A program made the position numbers and the translations under genes. DNA of 64,000 bases from an uncultured Anaeromassilibacillus sp. (GTDB lineage Bacteria > Bacillota > Clostridia > Oscillospirales > Acutalibacteraceae): contig CABRNB010000001.1 of assembly GCA_902472225.1 (NCBI GenBank), forward strand, positions 29,315-93,314, in the 5' to 3' direction. Below, piece by piece: positions 37,277-47,166 of this stretch. The stretch's first letter is position 1, and the number at the start of each line of letters is the position of its first letter. Under the pieces are notes generated by a model. It did not search any database. It had not been told where the DNA came from and worked only from the letters and a program-made list of their open reading frames with translations.

Positions 37277-38147
37277 GCTGGCGCTCACACAGACGGAGAG
37301 CGTGGCGCAGCGGCTGCGGGACCGGAATCCGGGCCTTGCGTGCGAGCTGACGGTCATTCATACCACGGGCGATAAGGTGCAGGATAAGGCGCTCGATCAG
37401 ATTGGTGGCAAGGGGGTCTTTGTGCGGGAAATCGAGCAGGAACTGCTCGGAGGCGGGATCGATCTTGCCGTCCACAGCATGAAGGATATGCCGTCTGAGC
37501 CGGCTCCCGGTCTGTGCTTCTGCCGCACGCTTCCGCGTGAGGATCCGCGGGATGCGCTGATTCTGCGCGGCGCTTCTTCTCTTTGGGAGCTTCCGCAGGG
37601 GGCTGTGATTGCCACGGGGAGTAAGCGGCGTGCGTATCAGCTTCTGCAGCTGCGGCCCGACCTTCACATCACCGGCATTCGGGGCAATGTCGACACGCGC
37701 CTGCGCAAGCTCGACGAGGGCGCGGCGGATGGCCTTGTGATGGCGACTGCCGGGCTCAAACGCCTTGGATTAGAGCATCGCATCACACGGTTTTTCGATC
37801 CGGAAACCGAGCTGGTGCCCGCCTGCGCGCAGGGCGCGCTGGCTGTCGAGTACCGTGAGGGAGATGGCGTGATCGGTCCCCTTCTTGACGCCCTGTGCGA
37901 TTCCGAGGCGCATCTGCGCACTGTATGCGAGCGTTCCTTCCTCGCTGCGGTCGGCGGAGGCTGCCATACCCCGGCAGGGGCGTACGCGCGTCTTGACGCA
38001 GGGGAGATTGTACTGACGGCCTTCCTTGCCTCGGAGGACGGAAGCGCGTGCGGGCGGCTGACGCTGCGCGGCGCGCAGGACAAGGCGGAAGCGCTTGCAC
38101 GGCAGGCGGCTTTGGAGCTGCGCGGCCGGATTGGGGAAGGAGAGTGA
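37245..38147 (+). CDS. hemC: hydroxymethylbilane synthase (porphobilinogen deaminase)
   Basis: MKIRLGTRGSKLALTQT... canonical HemC N-terminus. Confidence 0.9.
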   Translation: MKIRLGTRGSKLALTQTESVAQRLRDRNPGLACELTVIHTTGDKVQDKALDQIGGKGVFVREIEQELLGGGIDLAVHSMKDMPSEPAPGLCFCRTLPREDPRDALILRGASSLWELPQGAVIATGSKRRAYQLLQLRPDLHITGIRGNVDTRLRKLDEGAADGLVMATAGLKRLGLEHRITRFFDPETELVPACAQGALAVEYREGDGVIGPLLDALCDSEAHLRTVCERSFLAAVGGGCHTPAGAYARLDAGEIVLTAFLASEDGSACGRLTLRGAQDKAEALARQAALELRGRIGEGE

Positions 38148-38152
38148 ACAGC

Positions 38153-39631
38153 ATGCCGGGAACCGTTTATCTTGTCGGGGCAGGACCGGGAGATCCGGGC
38201 CTCATGACGCAGAAAGGACTTGACTGCCTGCGCCGGGCCGACTGCGTTGTGTATGACCATCTCGCGAACGACTCGCTGCTGCTGGAGACGAAGCCGGACT
38301 GTGAAAAAATTTACGTCGGTAAGCAGGCGGGAAACCATACCATGCCCCAGGAGGAAATCAACCGCCTTCTCGCACAAAAGGCCCAAAGCTGCGAAACGGT
38401 GGTGCGGCTCAAGGGCGGCGATGTGTATGTGTTTGGGCGCGGCGGCGAGGAGGGCGCGTGGCTGCGCCGTGAGGGCGTTCCCTTCGTCGTTGTGCCGGGG
38501 GTGACTTCGGCGATCGCCGGCCTTGCCTATGCCGGTATTCCGATTACCCACCGCGGCGTCGCGCGCGGCTTCCGTGTGATGACGGCTCACGACAAGGGAG
38601 GCGGGCTGACCAATCTCGATTTTGACTCCATGGCGCACACGGACGATACGCTTGTTTTTCTGATGGGACTGTCGCTGCTCGGAGAGATCACTTCCCGGTT
38701 GCTGGCTGCGGGAAAGCCGTCCGGAACGCCTGCCGCCGTCATTTCGGAGGCGACGCTCCCGACCCAGCGCGTGGTGACCGCTCCGCTTTCGGAGCTGGAA
38801 GCGCGCGTGCAGGAAAATCCGCTTCCGTCGCCCGCTCTCATTGTTGTCGGCGAGGTAGTGCGCGAGCGGGAGACGCTCCGCTTCTTCGGGGAGGGGCCGC
38901 TCGGCGGCGTGCGCGTCCTGCTGCCCTGTGTCGGGGAGACGCCCTCGCGCCTCGGCGGGATGCTGCGCGGGAGGGGAGCGTTCGTCACGGAGCTGCCGGT
39001 GCGCCGGATCCGCGAGCTGCCGGGCGTGCTCCGGCGGGACGACGTGGAGTGGGCGGAGACGCTTGTTCTGACGAGCCGCCATGCGTGTGCATTTTTCTTC
39101 GGCCAGCTCTTCGCCCTCGGTCTTGACGTTCGTGCGCTTTCGGGCGTGCGGATCGCGGCCGTCGGCCCCGGAACGGCGGAGAAGCTTTCCCGTTTCGGCC
39201 TGCGCGCCGACCTCGTGCCGGAGCCCCACACCGGGGAGGGAATGGAAGCCCTTCTGCGGCGCGAACTGACGCCGGGAACCCACGTGCTGTATCCGAAGGT
39301 CAAGGATCTCGCCCCGGAGCTTGCCGCTGCGCTGGCGTCGTTCTGTGAGCTGCGTGCACCGGAGCTCTATGAAAATCTGCCGGTCGAGGACGCCGTTCTG
39401 TCTGCGGACGCCTCGTTTGACGCCGCCGTTTTTACCTCCGCGTCGGCAGTGCGCGGCGCGATCGGCGCGCTGCGGGAGAGCGGAGTTTCCGTGAGCTCGT
39501 GCGGCCGCCTGATTTCCATCGGGCCGAAAACGGCACGGGAGCTCAGACAAAACGGTTTTGACACGCTGGAGGCGGCGCATGCCGATCTCGGCGGGATACT
39601 GGAAAAAATGGAGGAGCTGTTTCATGAATAA
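38153..39631 (+). CDS. cobA-hemD: bifunctional uroporphyrinogen-III C-methyltransferase / uroporphyrinogen-III synthase
   Basis: N-terminal VYLVGAGPGDPGLMT (SAM-dependent tetrapyrrole methylase), C-terminal HemD-like half. RBS GGGGAAGGAGAG. The listed ORF start at 38048 overlaps hemC. Confidence 0.85.
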   Translation: MPGTVYLVGAGPGDPGLMTQKGLDCLRRADCVVYDHLANDSLLLETKPDCEKIYVGKQAGNHTMPQEEINRLLAQKAQSCETVVRLKGGDVYVFGRGGEEGAWLRREGVPFVVVPGVTSAIAGLAYAGIPITHRGVARGFRVMTAHDKGGGLTNLDFDSMAHTDDTLVFLMGLSLLGEITSRLLAAGKPSGTPAAVISEATLPTQRVVTAPLSELEARVQENPLPSPALIVVGEVVRERETLRFFGEGPLGGVRVLLPCVGETPSRLGGMLRGRGAFVTELPVRRIRELPGVLRRDDVEWAETLVLTSRHACAFFFGQLFALGLDVRALSGVRIAAVGPGTAEKLSRFGLRADLVPEPHTGEGMEALLRRELTPGTHVLYPKVKDLAPELAAALASFCELRAPELYENLPVEDAVLSADASFDAAVFTSASAVRGAIGALRESGVSVSSCGRLISIGPKTARELRQNGFDTLEAAHADLGGILEKMEELFHE

Positions 39632-40241
39632 CCGGGAAAGAATGCACACCGGCCAGCTGTACGATACGCAGGACAGCGCCATTGTGGAGGAGCAGATCAA
39701 ATGTCTTGAGGTGCTCTATGATTTCAACGCGACGCGCCCGTCGCAGGGTGAGCTGCGCCAGTCGCTGATGAAGAAGCTGTTTGCCGAGGTGGGCGAGGGC
39801 TGCTGCATCGAGCCGCCGCTGCATGCGAACTGGGGCAAGTACACACACCTCGGAGACTTCGTTTATGCCAACTTCAACCTCACGCTCGTCGACGACACGC
39901 ACGTATATATCGGAAATCACGTCATGATCGGCCCGAATGTGACGATTGATACCGGCACGCATCCCGTTTGCCCGGAGCTGCGCTGGCACGCGGTGCAGTA
40001 CAATCTGCCGGTCCGCATCGGGGACAATGTGTGGATTGGGGCCGGAGCGATTCTCCTGCCGGGTGTGACGATAGGGGAGAACAGCGTGATCGGAGCGGGC
40101 AGCGTTGTCACACACGATATCCCTGCGAATGTTGTCGCCGTCGGCACGCCGTGCCGCGTTTTGCGCGAGATTACCGACCGGGATCGGGAGACCTATCACA
40201 AGGGCTGGAAAATAGATATGCCCATGAAGGAAAGGGATTGA
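39624..40241 (+). CDS. hexapeptide-repeat (LbH) sugar O-acetyltransferase, maltose/galactoside acetyltransferase-like, embedded in the hem cluster
   Basis: MNNRERMHTGQLYD... Maa N-terminal motif, left-handed beta-helix hexapeptide repeats. RBS GGAGGAG. Confidence 0.75.
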   Translation: MNNRERMHTGQLYDTQDSAIVEEQIKCLEVLYDFNATRPSQGELRQSLMKKLFAEVGEGCCIEPPLHANWGKYTHLGDFVYANFNLTLVDDTHVYIGNHVMIGPNVTIDTGTHPVCPELRWHAVQYNLPVRIGDNVWIGAGAILLPGVTIGENSVIGAGSVVTHDIPANVVAVGTPCRVLREITDRDRETYHKGWKIDMPMKERD

Positions 40242-40245
40242 TTGC

Positions 40246-41220
40246 ATGTTTTATCGTGGAAGAAGGCTGCGGACCACTCCTGTGATCCGCTCTATGATGC
40301 GCGAGACGGAGCTGTCCGCCCGCGATCTGATTCTGCCGATTTTTGTTGTGGAGGGCGAGGGCGTCTGCCGCGAAATTCCGTCGCTCAAAGGGGTCTGCCA
40401 TTATTCCGTCGATATGCTCGACGGTCTTGTGGATGAGATGCGGGAATGCGGCGTGCTCTCCTGCATTCTCTTCGGCATTCCGGATCACAAGGACGCCTGC
40501 GGCAGCGCGGCGAGCGATGAGAACGGCGTTGTCCAGCGGGCTATGCGCCGTCTGCGCGAGCTTTGCCCGGAGATGTACATCATCGGCGACGTGTGCATGT
40601 GCGAATATACCGATCACGGCCATTGCGGCATCCTCGATGAGCACGGCTACGTGAAGAATGATGAGACGCTCCTGCACCTGAACAAAATTGCTGTGAGCTA
40701 CGCCCGCGCCGGGGCTGACATGGTTGCGCCGAGCGATATGATGGACGGTCACGTGGCCTCGCTGCGCGCTGCCCTCGATGCGGAGGGCTTCGTCAATGTG
40801 GCCATCATGGGCTACAGCGCGAAGTTTGCTTCGAGCTTCTACGGCCCGTTCCGCGACGCGGCAGGTTCCGCTCCGTCCTTCGGTGACAGAAAGTCGTATC
40901 AGATGGATTTCGCCAATGGCCAGGAGGCGCTGCGTGAAATTGCCGCTGATCTCGACGAGGGTGCGGATGTGATCATGGTCAAGCCCGCTCTCGCGTATCT
41001 CGATGTGATCCGTGACGCGAGCCGGGAGTTCAACGCCCCTCTTGCCGCCTACAATGTGAGCGGCGAATACGCGATGCTTCGATCTGCCGTCGATAACGGG
41101 ATCCTTGCCGAGTCTGCGATTTATGAGTCGCTCCTCGCCATCAAGCGCGCCGGAGCGAAGCTGATCATTACATATTTCGCCCTTGAAATTGCGAAAAAGC
41201 TGAAGGAGGGAACGGTATGA
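40246..41220 (+). CDS. hemB: porphobilinogen synthase (delta-aminolevulinate dehydratase)
   Basis: Active-site region with Cys-rich zinc site (DVCMCEYTDHGHCG), 324 aa. Confidence 0.9.
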   Translation: MFYRGRRLRTTPVIRSMMRETELSARDLILPIFVVEGEGVCREIPSLKGVCHYSVDMLDGLVDEMRECGVLSCILFGIPDHKDACGSAASDENGVVQRAMRRLRELCPEMYIIGDVCMCEYTDHGHCGILDEHGYVKNDETLLHLNKIAVSYARAGADMVAPSDMMDGHVASLRAALDAEGFVNVAIMGYSAKFASSFYGPFRDAAGSAPSFGDRKSYQMDFANGQEALREIAADLDEGADVIMVKPALAYLDVIRDASREFNAPLAAYNVSGEYAMLRSAVDNGILAESAIYESLLAIKRAGAKLIITYFALEIAKKLKEGTV

Positions 41221-42512
41221 TCCGCGCAGCTTCCAGAGAAGCCTACGCGCGCGCCTGCGCCCTGATGCCGGGCGGCGTCAATTCTCCTGTCCGTGCGTTC
41301 CGTTCCGTCGGCGTGCCGCCTGTCTTTGCCGCGAGGGCGAAGGGGGACCGCGTTTGGGACGAGGACGGCAATGAATACATTGATTTTATCGGCTCCTGGG
41401 GACCGATGCTTCTCGGCCACTCGCCCGAGTTTCTGAAGGACGGCGCGCTCGAGGCCATTGATCGCGGTTTGAGCTACGGCTTGCCGACAAAGCTCGAAAT
41501 TGAGATGGCGGAACAGATTACCTCCGCCTACCCCGCCGCCGAAATGGTGCGTATGGTCAACTCCGGTACGGAAGCCACGATGAGCGCCATCCGCGTTGCG
41601 CGCGGCTACACGGGCCGCGATAAATTCATCAAGTTCGAGGGCTGTTACCACGGCCACAGCGACTGTCTGCTCGTCAAGTCCGGCTCCGGCACGCTGACGT
41701 ACGGTGTGCCGACGAGCCCGGGCGTTCCCGCGGATGTGGTCAAGCACACCCTTGTGTGCCGTTATAACGATCTCGACTCCGTGCGCGAGACGTTTGCCGC
41801 CAACCGTGGGGAGGTTGCCGCCGTTATCGTTGAGCCCGTCGCGGGCAACATGGGCGTGGTGCCGCCTGTTCCCGGTTTTCTCGAGGGTCTGCGCGAGATC
41901 TGCACGCGGGAGGGAGCCGTTCTCATCTTTGACGAGGTCATTACCGGTTTCCGCCTCGCCTACGGCGGCGCTTCCGAGCGCTTCGGCGTGCGTCCCGACA
42001 TGGTCTGCTTCGGCAAGATCATCGGCGCGGGCATGCCCGTCGGGGCGTACGGCGGACGGCGCGAACTGATGGAGTACGTTTCGCCTGTCGGTCCCGTCTA
42101 TCAGGCCGGTACGCTTTCCGGCAACCCGCTCGCGATGTTCATGGGCCTCAAGCAGCTGCGGTATCTCGAAAGCCACCGCGAGGTCTACGAGCAGGTGGAG
42201 CAGTCTGCGGCCTTCCTGGAAGAGGGAATCCGCGCCGCGCTCCGCCGTCTCCAGCTGCCGTATGAGGTCAACCGCGCCGGATCGCTGATGTCCCTGTTCT
42301 TTACGAAGGGACCGATCCACAGCTACGACGACGTGAAGCACAGCGACCTCGACGCGTTTGGCCGCTATTACCGCTCTCTGCTTGAGCGCGGCATTCTTGC
42401 CGCTCCCGCGCAGTTTGAGGCGCTGTTTGTCTCCGCCGCCCACAGCCGCGCCGATCTGGAGCGCGCTCTCAGCGCGATGGAAGCGGCGCTCGCGGATTCG
42501 ATGGAGGGCTGA
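41217..42512 (+). CDS. hemL: glutamate-1-semialdehyde 2,1-aminomutase
   Basis: MPGGVNSPVRAF motif, 431 aa. Confidence 0.9.
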   Translation: MIRAASREAYARACALMPGGVNSPVRAFRSVGVPPVFAARAKGDRVWDEDGNEYIDFIGSWGPMLLGHSPEFLKDGALEAIDRGLSYGLPTKLEIEMAEQITSAYPAAEMVRMVNSGTEATMSAIRVARGYTGRDKFIKFEGCYHGHSDCLLVKSGSGTLTYGVPTSPGVPADVVKHTLVCRYNDLDSVRETFAANRGEVAAVIVEPVAGNMGVVPPVPGFLEGLREICTREGAVLIFDEVITGFRLAYGGASERFGVRPDMVCFGKIIGAGMPVGAYGGRRELMEYVSPVGPVYQAGTLSGNPLAMFMGLKQLRYLESHREVYEQVEQSAAFLEEGIRAALRRLQLPYEVNRAGSLMSLFFTKGPIHSYDDVKHSDLDAFGRYYRSLLERGILAAPAQFEALFVSAAHSRADLERALSAMEAALADSMEG

Positions 42513-42513
42513 G

Positions 42514-43122
42514 ATGAGCCTTTGTGTCGAGCTCTCTCTGGAGGGTGCGCGGGTCCTGGTTGTCGGCGGAGGAAGGCTTGCGCTGCGCCGCAGTGTGCAG
42601 CTGCAGCAGGAGGGAGCCTCCGTTTGTGCTGTCGCGCCGGAATTCCTGCCGGCCTTTGACCGCCTCCACGGAATCGAGCGCCGCATCGCAGAATATGAAG
42701 CTCCCTTCCTGGACGGCTGCATCCTGGCCGCCGCCGCCGCTACGCCCGAGGTCAACCGCCGCTTGGCGGCCGACGCGGAAGCGCGGGGAATCCTGACGCT
42801 TGCCGCCGCTCCGGAGCAGGGCGCGCGCGCCCATGTGCTCAAGAGCGAACGGGAGGACGGAATTCTTTTGGCCTGCTCGACAGGCGGAGCATTTCCGGCG
42901 CTGAGCGCTTCTCTGCTTGATTCGATGCGGAAAGCGGCTTCTCCGTTTGCGGATCGACTGCCTCTGCTGCGCCGTCTGCGCCGTCTCCTGCTCGACCGTG
43001 GGGATGAGGAATCTCTGATTCTTTTGGCTGAACTGCCGGAAAAGTCAAAGGAAGAGCTGGCAGTTCTTCTCCAGAGTTTGGAAAAAATTAAAAAAAGAAG
43101 AATTTTCCCCGAAAACAGATGA
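42514..43122 (+). CDS. sirC: precorrin-2 dehydrogenase / sirohydrochlorin ferrochelatase (siroheme synthase N-terminal domain homolog)
   Basis: VLVVGGGRLALRR Rossmann motif. About 202 aa from the ATG next to the hemL stop. Confidence 0.65.
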   Translation: MSLCVELSLEGARVLVVGGGRLALRRSVQLQQEGASVCAVAPEFLPAFDRLHGIERRIAEYEAPFLDGCILAAAAATPEVNRRLAADAEARGILTLAAAPEQGARAHVLKSEREDGILLACSTGGAFPALSASLLDSMRKAASPFADRLPLLRRLRRLLLDRGDEESLILLAELPEKSKEELAVLLQSLEKIKKRRIFPENR

Positions 43123-43217
43123 AAGACGTTCCAAAATGTGCTATAGTATTCACTATATCCCTGAGCAGGGGAAATCCGGGACGCCTGCGCAAAGCCGGCA
43201 GTCCCGGAAGATGAGGA

Positions 43218-43808
43218 GTGAAGGCTTTGCAGATTCAGGACTTCTTCAGGGAGCATTTTCAGATGGAAAACGAGGAAATGCTCCGGGCCTTGGAAGCCAT
43301 TGCCCGTTTGTCTGCCACAAAACGAGGCGAGCTTTTGATCCGGGAAAATGAACGTCCCCGCGATCTCTTTTTGCTTGTCGACGGCGTGTTCCGCGGGTAC
43401 TTTTATGATGATAACGGCAGGGATATCACGGAGTGCTTCGCTTACCGTCCCGGCACTCCGGTCATGGCCTGCACGGAGCTCGGAATGCCGTCGACCATCA
43501 ACCTTGCGGCGCTGAATGACAGTGTATGCCTGGCTTTGCCGATTGACGAGCTTCGGGTGCTGATGGTGCTGTATCCGGACCTGCTCAAGCTCAGCAACAA
43601 GCTGCTGCTTGACTCGCTTCAATATCATTGGATGGTGAAATCGCTGCTGTACAAATATACGGCCAAACAGCGTTATCAATGGTTTTGTCAGACGCATCCC
43701 GGGCTGACCGAGCTTGCAGGGGCCAAATATGTGGCGTCCTTTCTCAATATGACCCCGGTGACGCTCAGCCGTCTTCGCCGTGAGCTCAAGGAGGGAGAGG
43801 ACGGATAA
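43218..43808 (+). CDS. Crp/Fnr-family transcriptional regulator
   Basis: cNMP-binding beta-roll plus C-terminal HTH (AKYVASFLNMTPVTLSRLRREL). Start uncertain: GTG 43218 has too short an RBS spacing, TTG 43227 is better. Confidence 0.65.
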   Translation: MKALQIQDFFREHFQMENEEMLRALEAIARLSATKRGELLIRENERPRDLFLLVDGVFRGYFYDDNGRDITECFAYRPGTPVMACTELGMPSTINLAALNDSVCLALPIDELRVLMVLYPDLLKLSNKLLLDSLQYHWMVKSLLYKYTAKQRYQWFCQTHPGLTELAGAKYVASFLNMTPVTLSRLRRELKEGEDG

Positions 43809-43933
43809 CGGGATAGGCCGCAGCCGTTAAAGCGGGCGCCGAAGAATGTTCCGCACCAAAGGGATTCAGTAGTGCAGGGTTCACGGCTGTGTGCGGATCA
43901 CGTCCTGCTTGTTCCCGGGGAAAATAATTTGTG

Positions 43934-43996
43934 TTTTTTCTGAAAATGCCTCGAAGCCGCAAGAAATGCTCCTGCGGCTTCGAGGCATTTTCATGA
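43934..43996. terminator. bidirectional terminator: perfect 20-bp inverted repeat with T-runs on both sides
   Basis: GAAAATGCCTCGAAGCCGCA-agaaatgctcc-TGCGGCTTCGAGGCATTTTC (43942-43992). Confidence 0.75.
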
Positions 43997-44164
43997 GAAA
44001 AAATCAGGCTCTTTGATACGGATGGAAAAATTACTGTGCTTTGTCATTTCTGCGCTTCGTTTGTGAAGGCTTTTCACGCGGGGATACTCCGGCGTTTTTC
44101 AAGCACTCCTCCGGAGAAAACGACGGACGGTTTCCGGCGCAAGCGTTACCGTTTTTGCGGTTGA

Positions 44165-44776
44165 TTATTCGAGCGAAGAAGGCTGAACGCCGCATGAGGC
44201 CAAAACGCTGCCGCTCAGTGCGGGAAACGCAATGGGCGCGGCTGGGGAGCCGTCGTGCGGACCAATCCATTTTTCCATCCAGGCCAGATCGTACCACCGC
44301 CCGAATTTGTATCCGCATTTGCGGAATTTTCCGATTTGCCGGAAGCCCATATGCTCATGGAAGAGAATGCTGGCCCGTGTCAGGTATTCGTCTTCCTCGT
44401 CCGCGCAGGCGACGCTTGCGTTGAGGTTCACAAGATGCAGCGCCCTGCATACGGTCTCAAGAGCCCCGTACAGTCTGCGCCCCAGTCCGGCCCTGCGGCA
44501 GTCCCCGCGCAGATAGATCGACGCTTCCGCCGCCCAGTCGCAGGCGGAACGGCCGATAAACGTTCCCGCATACGCATAGCCGAGAATTTCACCGTCCTGT
44601 TCCGCTACCAGGTATGGATACTTTTCGAGCGTGTGCGTGATTCTCCCGCGAAATTCTGTGAGAGACGGCGTGTCGTATTCAAAGGTAATGGCCGTGTGAG
44701 CAATATAGGGGGCATACACGGCGAGAATCTGCTCCGCGTCTTTCTCCTCCGCTACTCTCACGACAGGATTCTGCAT
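44165..44776 (-). CDS. GNAT-family N-acetyltransferase
   Basis: 203 aa, acetyl-CoA-binding motif region (RRAGLGRRLYGAL). Confidence 0.7.
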   Translation of the reverse strand: MQNPVVRVAEEKDAEQILAVYAPYIAHTAITFEYDTPSLTEFRGRITHTLEKYPYLVAEQDGEILGYAYAGTFIGRSACDWAAEASIYLRGDCRRAGLGRRLYGALETVCRALHLVNLNASVACADEEDEYLTRASILFHEHMGFRQIGKFRKCGYKFGRWYDLAWMEKWIGPHDGSPAAPIAFPALSGSVLASCGVQPSSLE

Positions 44777-45089
44777 ACTTTTCCTCCTTCTCCGCCGGTT
44801 GAACTTTCTGACCGGTGAATGGATGTCCTTCTTTGTTTTCCGTATGGCATTCGCAGGATTGCTGCTTTATTCTTTATACAATGCAGTGTGATGTTTGTCA
44901 ATCCCCGCATTCCTGCTTCGGTTGCAGAAGGGAAACGGCAATCATAGGAATGGTCCTGATGAGAAAAAGGGAGCTGATTTTTTGACCGCGGCGGACAGAA
45001 AAAGACCGCCGCACAGATCATACGCTGTGTGACAGTCTTTTGAAACGTACCGGCTGTTTACCGGTGTTTCTTTTGGATTTATTGTGTTT

Positions 45090-46025
45090 TTAACAGCTTG
45101 CGCCGCCGATGGTTTCCTGCTCCAGGATCTCTTCCTTGCGCTTGAGGAGATTGTCGGAAACGAGCATTTTCTCGACCTTCTGAATGCCGAGACGTTCCAC
45201 CGTGGAACCAAAGCGTTCCCCGGTTTCTCCCTTGCTCTTGAAGAGAAGGATAGCCTTCTCAACAATGTCGAGGACCTCTTCACGGGTGAAGAGACGGTTC
45301 AATGGCGTACCCATGCGTATCTGCTTGCCCCAGCGGCCGCCGACGTAAACCTTGTACAGGGTTTCGGTCTCTTCCATGGCGCCGAACGGGCAGGCCTTCA
45401 GGCAGCGGCCGCAGTTATTGCAGACGGAGCTGTCAAATACCGGCTTGCCGCCTTCCGCGGAGACGCACTTCATCGGGCAGCTTGTTTCCACAGAGCATTT
45501 CTTGCAGGAACGGCATTTTTCCGGGTTGAACTTCGGTACGCGCTGGCCGACGATGCCGAGATCGTTGAGGTCGGGCTTCATGCAGTTGTTCGGGCAGCCG
45601 CCGACGGCAATCTTGAACTTGTGCGGCAATGTCACACCGGCATAGCCGACATAGAAGCGCTCGTGGATTTCCTTTGCAAGAGCCTGGGTGTCGTAGAGGC
45701 CGAATACGCAGGTGGTCCCCTTGCAGGCGACGACAGGACGCACGCGGGAACCGGTGCCGCCGGTCACCATGCCTTCTTTTGCGATAAAGGCTTTGAAGTC
45801 CTCAATTTTCTCATACGGAATACCGGGCAGCTCCACCGTCAGGCGGGAGGTGAAGGTCAGCGTGCCGCTGCCGAAGGTTTGGGCAGCCTCGCTCAGGCAG
45901 CGCATCTGCGCGGCGGTGAGCACGCCGTTTTCCGTGATGACGCGGCCGGAAAAATTGTCCGTGCCGCGGTTGAGCAGGAAGCCCTGCCCCTTGACGCGCT
46001 TAATATCGGTAGGGGATACAGCCAT
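45090..46025 (-). CDS. nitrite/sulfite-reductase-like siroheme/4Fe-4S protein with ferredoxin domain (AsrC-like), orphan
   Basis: CPNNC siroheme/Fe-S cysteine motif, plus CRSCKKCSVETSCP and CNNCGRCLKACP ferredoxin clusters. 311 aa. Confidence 0.6.
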   Translation of the reverse strand: MAVSPTDIKRVKGQGFLLNRGTDNFSGRVITENGVLTAAQMRCLSEAAQTFGSGTLTFTSRLTVELPGIPYEKIEDFKAFIAKEGMVTGGTGSRVRPVVACKGTTCVFGLYDTQALAKEIHERFYVGYAGVTLPHKFKIAVGGCPNNCMKPDLNDLGIVGQRVPKFNPEKCRSCKKCSVETSCPMKCVSAEGGKPVFDSSVCNNCGRCLKACPFGAMEETETLYKVYVGGRWGKQIRMGTPLNRLFTREEVLDIVEKAILLFKSKGETGERFGSTVERLGIQKVEKMLVSDNLLKRKEEILEQETIGGASC

Positions 46026-46278
46026 TGTTACATAACCTCCATAATCCGCGGGCGGACGAACGCGGGCACGCCGTCCGCCGCGGGAATAAAATCACGCAAG
46101 GACGCGCCTCTCCGAAAGCGGCGTCTTGAAAATTGAACGAAAGTAGTGTATCGTGAAATCAGCCGGGATGCTTAAACGGAACGCCGCTTTCAGAGGAAGA
46201 ACGCTGTTTCGCCGTCAAACGTTCTTCCGGCTTGTCATGCGGCGGCTTTCAAAATGGAATACAGAGGAGGAACGGCGT

Positions 46279-47166
46279 ATGACGATTCGCCATCTGCAAA
46301 TTTTTATCGCGGTTGCCGAGACGGGCTCCATGAGCGCGGCGGCCAAGCGTCTTTACATTTCGCAGCCGACCGTCAGCCAGGTGATTGCCGAGATGGAAGA
46401 GGAGTACGGTGTGCTCTTCTTTGAACGGCTTGCCAAGCGGCTTTGCATCACGGACGCAGGGAGCCGCCTGCTCGGCTATGCGCGCCACGCCGTCGCTCTC
46501 TTCGATGAGATGGAGGACGCTGTGGGCCGCGCCGCCCGCCGCCGTCAGCTGCGCGTCGGCGCAAGCATTACGGTGGGCGCCTGCTCGCTGACGGAGATTG
46601 TCCGCCGCTTTGAGGAGAAAAATCCGGATTCCGAGGTCACCGTCTTTGTGGATAACACAAGCGTGGTAGAGGCCAAGGTGCTTGACAGCTCTCTGGATCT
46701 CGGTCTGGTGGAGGGACACGTCAGCAGCGACCGCCTTGTGGTGCGGCCCGTCATTCATGATGAGCTGGTATTGGTCTGTACGCCGGATCATCCCTTTGCG
46801 GGGCGCGGCAAGGTGGCTGTGCGCGATTTGGACGGCCAGCCTTTCCTGCTTCGTGAGGCGGGCAGCGGTACGCGCGAGCAGCTCGACAGCATCCTGCGCG
46901 ACCGGAATGTGCACGTCAGGCCGAAATGGATCTGTCACAGCTCCGACGCCATCCTCAGCGCCGCGATTGGCGGTCAGGGTCTGGCTGTGCTCTCCCGCCT
47001 TCTTGTGCGGGAGGCGGAAGCGCAGGGACTGCTGTCCGTCCTCACGCTCGAGGACGCGAAGCTGGACCGCAGCTTTCAGATCATCTATCACCGGAACAAA
47101 TATCTTTCCGTTCAGCTGCAATCGTTTCTGCGGGAGATTGAGCTCTCGGCTCAGACGGGCTCGTAG
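46279..47166 (+). CDS. LysR-family transcriptional regulator
   Basis: MTIRHLQIFIAVAETGSMSAAAKRLYISQPTVSQ HTH. RBS GAGGAGG. The listed ORF start at 46153 is an upstream extension. Confidence 0.8.
   Translation: MTIRHLQIFIAVAETGSMSAAAKRLYISQPTVSQVIAEMEEEYGVLFFERLAKRLCITDAGSRLLGYARHAVALFDEMEDAVGRAARRRQLRVGASITVGACSLTEIVRRFEEKNPDSEVTVFVDNTSVVEAKVLDSSLDLGLVEGHVSSDRLVVRPVIHDELVLVCTPDHPFAGRGKVAVRDLDGQPFLLREAGSGTREQLDSILRDRNVHVRPKWICHSSDAILSAAIGGQGLAVLSRLLVREAEAQGLLSVLTLEDAKLDRSFQIIYHRNKYLSVQLQSFLREIELSAQTGS

Noticed and set aside
37664-39700. 678-aa minus-strand ORF
   Set aside because: It is antisense to hemC and cobA-hemD, which carry clear family motifs. The composition is Arg/Ser/Pro-rich.
41121-43697. 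858-aa minus-strand ORF
   Set aside because: It is antisense to hemL/sirC/crp. It has no motifs, and the sense genes are well supported.
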